Source: Macrostomum hystrix (Eukaryota; Animalia; Platyhelminthes). From it: 64,000 nt of DNA. Positions 59,813 through 64,000 of the stretch are shown piece after piece. The stretch spans positions 1 to 64,000 of the forward strand of contig CATNEN010000009.1 of assembly GCA_950097015.1 (NCBI GenBank), given 5' to 3'. How positions within the stretch are numbered: position 1 is the stretch's first letter; every line of letters starts with the position of its first letter. The notes under the pieces were generated by a model. The model saw only the letters and a list, made by a program, of their open reading frames with translations, made no database searches and was not told the DNA's origin. A program made the position numbers and the translations under genes.

Positions 59813-61882
59813 ATGGAAGGCATCCGGTTCCTGGTGTTCTTCGTAGAGGACAAGCAAGTACTGGAGCTATCTGGCAACAGCGTCTCTCTCGGAGAGTTTC
59901 AAGAATTCACGAGAGACGACTGGGAGCAGTTTGGAAACGTAGAAGAGAACCGATATAGTGAGGAGAAAATACTAATCCGAGCTGAGTATGAGGACGACTG
60001 GTATTCCGCAGTCATTTTGCAAGTTGTCCTGGATGCTGAAACGGACACAGACCCCACGATTAAATTCATTAGAGAGCTAATCGTGCAAAAGAAGAAAAGC
60101 GTGGAAAGCATTCTTCGGTTGGTTCCACGTGTGAACAAGGGTGGAAGGAATCGCTTCGCCAGTATGAAGGTAAGTTAATGTCACCTTTGTGAACGAAATT
60201 GTTTGACAATTATTCAGTTAAGAAACTCAAAATCATTAAACATTTGTAAATAAAAAAGGCGCATATAAAAATTACTAAAGGGCAGTAGAACGCATGAATA
60301 TTTATAATTTTATTACTGTACTAATTGTAATAATAAAGCATACAACTCCAACCCATGCAGTCCGTCGTCACGTCAGGCGACGAAGGAGGCAACAACACCG
60401 ACCGGCGGCCTCAGAAGCCGAGGCGCTCAACCGCCTCAACGTCGCTCAATGCGGAACTAGTGGCTCTTCCAGCGATCAACACCGCGCTGCTACCAGCAAG
60501 GCTTGGTGCAACAAATGAGGTGGGGACGCCAAGATCTATGGTGGTGACGCCGTCGGTACCGCCTAAGCTGACGCCCACAACAGCGCCTACGCAGACACCT
60601 TACGCTGCTTCAGTGACTCCGAAGCTTACGTACACATCAGGTAGCGTCGATGGTGACGGCTTCGATGGAGACTGCGGCATCGACAGGCTCCATCCAGCTG
60701 CAGTGCTTCACATTCGTCAGTACCTGTCCAGTGTCGGAATAGAGGCAGAGTCGGCAAGTGGGGTGGCGCATCTAACCATGCTGGCTGCTCGCCGCAGTTG
60801 CGACGCAGTTCGTCGCATCAAGCAGCTAGAGGATCGGGTGCTGCCACTCCTAGAAGGCATCGCAGCTTCGTTTGCTGGTCGCTCCAACCCTCAGCAACAC
60901 CGTCCGCAGTTCGAGGCAATAGACTCCTGGGCGGAGTACATCAAGTTCATCTCATCAAGGCAGTTGCAGTCTAGCCTTGTAAGCAGTGCTATGTTCATTT
61001 TTATATATATTTTTGATTTGAAGACATCTAATTTTGAGAAAAAAATCTCAGGAGCCTCATCTGTTGGGTTGCCGGTGCGCTACACTGTCGGAAACAGTCC
61101 GCCGGATGATGAACAAGTGCCTGGCTCCACGAATGCAGGTCGTTGTGAACTGGAGTGGCCGAGGCATGCTCGAAAAATGCCGGACGGAATTACTGGACTG
61201 CATGCTGATAGAGCACCAACTTGCCTTTGAGAATGCCAAACAGGTTTTCATAGGTAAGAGACTATGGGCATTCTACTCTTTCATATATTGTCCAGATCCA
61301 TTCTCGTTCTGACCTTTCTTACTCAAATGCAAAAAAATGAAATGGAATTTTGGAAAACAAGCGTATTACAGACGAAAAGGCAAAAATAAAGAATGAAAAT
61401 GAAGTCGGTGGGAAACATATGCTATTCTACTTGGCGTTTTACTCATAGTAGACAGTATGAAATTGAATATTTGAATATTCCACACCAAATTTAAGTTTAA
61501 CTCTCTTTCTAATTCATTCTCAGATGCTGTGGACGACATGTTCCCGCCAGATCCTGTCACGAGGAAGGTCGTGTACTCGGAAAAGCAGGTTGAGGTGGCA
61601 ATAATTGCCGTCCTCAGGCATGCTAGCGAGCGGCATGAAGCCAAGCAGAAGCGGCTAAAGGTGGCGACTGAATTAGCCGCAGCGTCTGCAGCCACCTCCA
61701 GTTCTGAGGCCTCCGCCACTCCTCGAGTGCCCAAGGCCCGCCGCAAAACTGTCGGCGCAATTGCGGCAGCGAGTAGTCACAGTGCAGCGGCGAGAAATGA
61801 GCGCAGCGGCAAGAGACCACACATTCTCAGTGACGATGAGTTCGACAGCGAGATCTACGAGTCAGATATGGACGCCTACTAA
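59813..61882 (+). CDS. Four-exon DUF4806-like protein, 511 aa (exons 59813-60169, 60361-60978, 61052-61253, 61524-61882)
   Basis: All three introns are GT-AG with compatible phases (0, 0, 1). Motif LSETVRRMMNKCL...VNWSGRG...VEVAI..VLRHASER. Confidence 0.75.
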
Positions 61883-63162
61883 ACAACAATTGCTTCTTGG
61901 GGAATCGAAAGGGGTTTGAAGGCTTTAGGGTTTAGACTCCATTTGGGGTTTAGACTCCTCTGAGGCTCAATGAATTAAATTAATGAACTGCGTAAAAGAA
62001 TTGCACGAACTCTAGCTGTTGTTACGGGTTTTCACTGGCATCACATTCAGGTTAAGCGACTTTTTTAATTCCACACCCATTAAAATTAGTTTCATTTGCG
62101 CTGCTCCATGTTCTAAATTATATGCAAGCACTGTAAGAGTATTATATTCTCAAGATCTTGTCTTGCGCATACATGCAGTACATACACGCAAATTACTTTG
62201 CTTCTAGCTTCTGTACTCACATGTCCTCCACTACACCCTACATGGACTTTTAAAATCCTGGATCCGCCACTACACGTGAAGTGTAATTCAAATTGCGAAT
62301 TGTAATTCGTAAAGTTCCATATTACAATTATATACTCGTTCTCGTACCAATAAAAATGAGCTTATGCTCTATATTATTCATGATGCGTGCAACCGCAATT
62401 TCCATGTGTTTTATCATCATTTTGAAAATATAACACAGTCAAATCAAAATACGATTCGAAGATTCAAAAGATTTAATGCTTAAAAGCTCAACTGCTTACT
62501 TATAGTAGTAAAATAATAAGCATTAAAATGACAGTCCTATTCAGATCCGCTGTGGGCATGAAATCTGAATCCGGCGGACTCAGATCACTTTATACCTAAC
62601 CATATCAGATGGAGCCTGACGAATCAGTGTCCGCCGGATTCGTTTTTTTACACCGGGATATTGTTACGGTCCTAGTAGACAATAAATGATATGTTTCAAT
62701 ATAGCAAAACGACATAATTAAAAAGGAAAATGAAATCTGATCTTGCGTATCATAATCATTGAGCTGGGTCAGAAGGTATATGATAAAGGCAGAAAGATGC
62801 ATGAATTAATAAAGCTAGTTAATTAAGTTAAGTTAAGATTGCAGGGGGGCTGAAGGCTTTGCCGAGACCATTTTGGCGACAGTCAACCCTCAGCCAGCGG
62901 GGAGGCAATTCTATGTCCATTCCGCTGACCCCTGAGCACACACAGGCACACAGATACGTACGCAGGCACACGCTCACACAGAGGTGCACATCTGCCCTGA
63001 CTTTCTCATCGTCAGGCATTGCACATTCACACTGTGCCTTGGAGGTCGGCCTTCAAGGGCGCAAATCGCACAGCAAGCCCCCACACCCCGGCTATACACC
63101 CCAAATGAATGCGGTCTCGCAGGGGTGCGAACTCAGGCCAGTGGCATTAGAGCAGGGATAAA

Positions 63163-63220
63163 CGGAGCAGGGGCCGAGCAGGGGCGGAGCAGGGGCGGAG
63201 CAGGGGCGGAGCAGGGGCGG
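63163..63220. repeat. 11-bp G-rich repeat CGGAGCAGGGG, about 5 copies
   Basis: Visible directly. Confidence 0.9.
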
Positions 63221-64000
63221 AAAACCGCTTCAATTCACGGAGAATCTTTTGCGCAAATGGAAAATGAACATTTCGTGGAAAATTGCCACGAAATGTATTA
63301 CTTTTTCAAGCAGACGGACGCCCTGTGTCTCAGCTGTCCCCAATGCCCCCATGTTACATGCGGTAGGCAGCTTCATAGCTAGACTCTCAATTTTATCACC
63401 CCGTATTGAATTTTTCAACGCCTCTTTGCAAATTTTCGAATTCTTTATTTGGTCTTTCGCACGCACCGAGTTATAGGTTTGGAGATTTCGCAGTTTCAGG
63501 TGTCGTTTTAGGGAAAGGCACCTGCTTCTTCCACCGCCTACGGCCTGTAGCTGCATTGTGAAAAAAATGAAGTTAGCGTCATAAATCTTTATGTTGTCGA
63601 TTCTTTCTTTCATTTATTCTGACTGTTTACGACTCAGTCTACTCTATCGGAAGAGTTGAAGGGATTATAATCCAAAAAATCAGAGAGACCAAAGGCTAAC
63701 ATACTGACCCTATTTCTGGTAGCGGCAGTACAGTATAGGCGTGATAAGTGAGAAACATTCTCTTTCTTTCTCTCTCCCACCCTCTCTAATAGATTTTCTG
63801 CTGGTGCCGGCAGAGATTTTCGTATGTGCGAAAGTGAGTTAATTTCTATTTCCCGTGAGTGGTGCATGCTAATAATGGCTAACATGACGAGTCACTTGGC
63901 AGCATCAGACATCAAGCTGGAGTCATTTTGGGCATTAGATTTGCGTCTGTGCCTATTGTTCAAGGAAAAATAAATCATTTCTTAATAAATGTTGCACCCT

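Overview
Animal-type subtelomere, with the C-rich telomeric strand on +. A 207-bp unique stretch precedes about 6.6 kb of (CCCTAA)n. The array ends in a fold-back (TTAGGG) junction that abuts a truncated Ulp1/C48 protease fragment. Next come ~180-bp and 144-bp satellites, and the 144-bp array hosts a five-level nest of transposons, resolved at each junction: Gypsy A > Gypsy B > EnSpm/CACTA > Helitron > hAT MITE. The proximal half holds a second Helitron, Penelope-like (PLE) GIY-YIG fragments, a Polinton-like capsid remnant, a Tc1 element, a decayed Crypton-type recombinase, a spliced 8-cysteine secreted-peptide gene, a 4-exon DUF4806-like gene and several minisatellites. The lead observation is three related minimal hammerhead-ribozyme motifs in PLE-like pseudo-LTRs that show compensatory changes. 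The two on the C-rich strand are each followed, about 70-80 bp later, by a short (CCCTAA)-type tract. That is the geometry expected for telomere-repeat-primed retrotransposition and possible fossil chromosome ends. All homology calls come from motif recognition by eye; no searches were run and the species cannot be identified.
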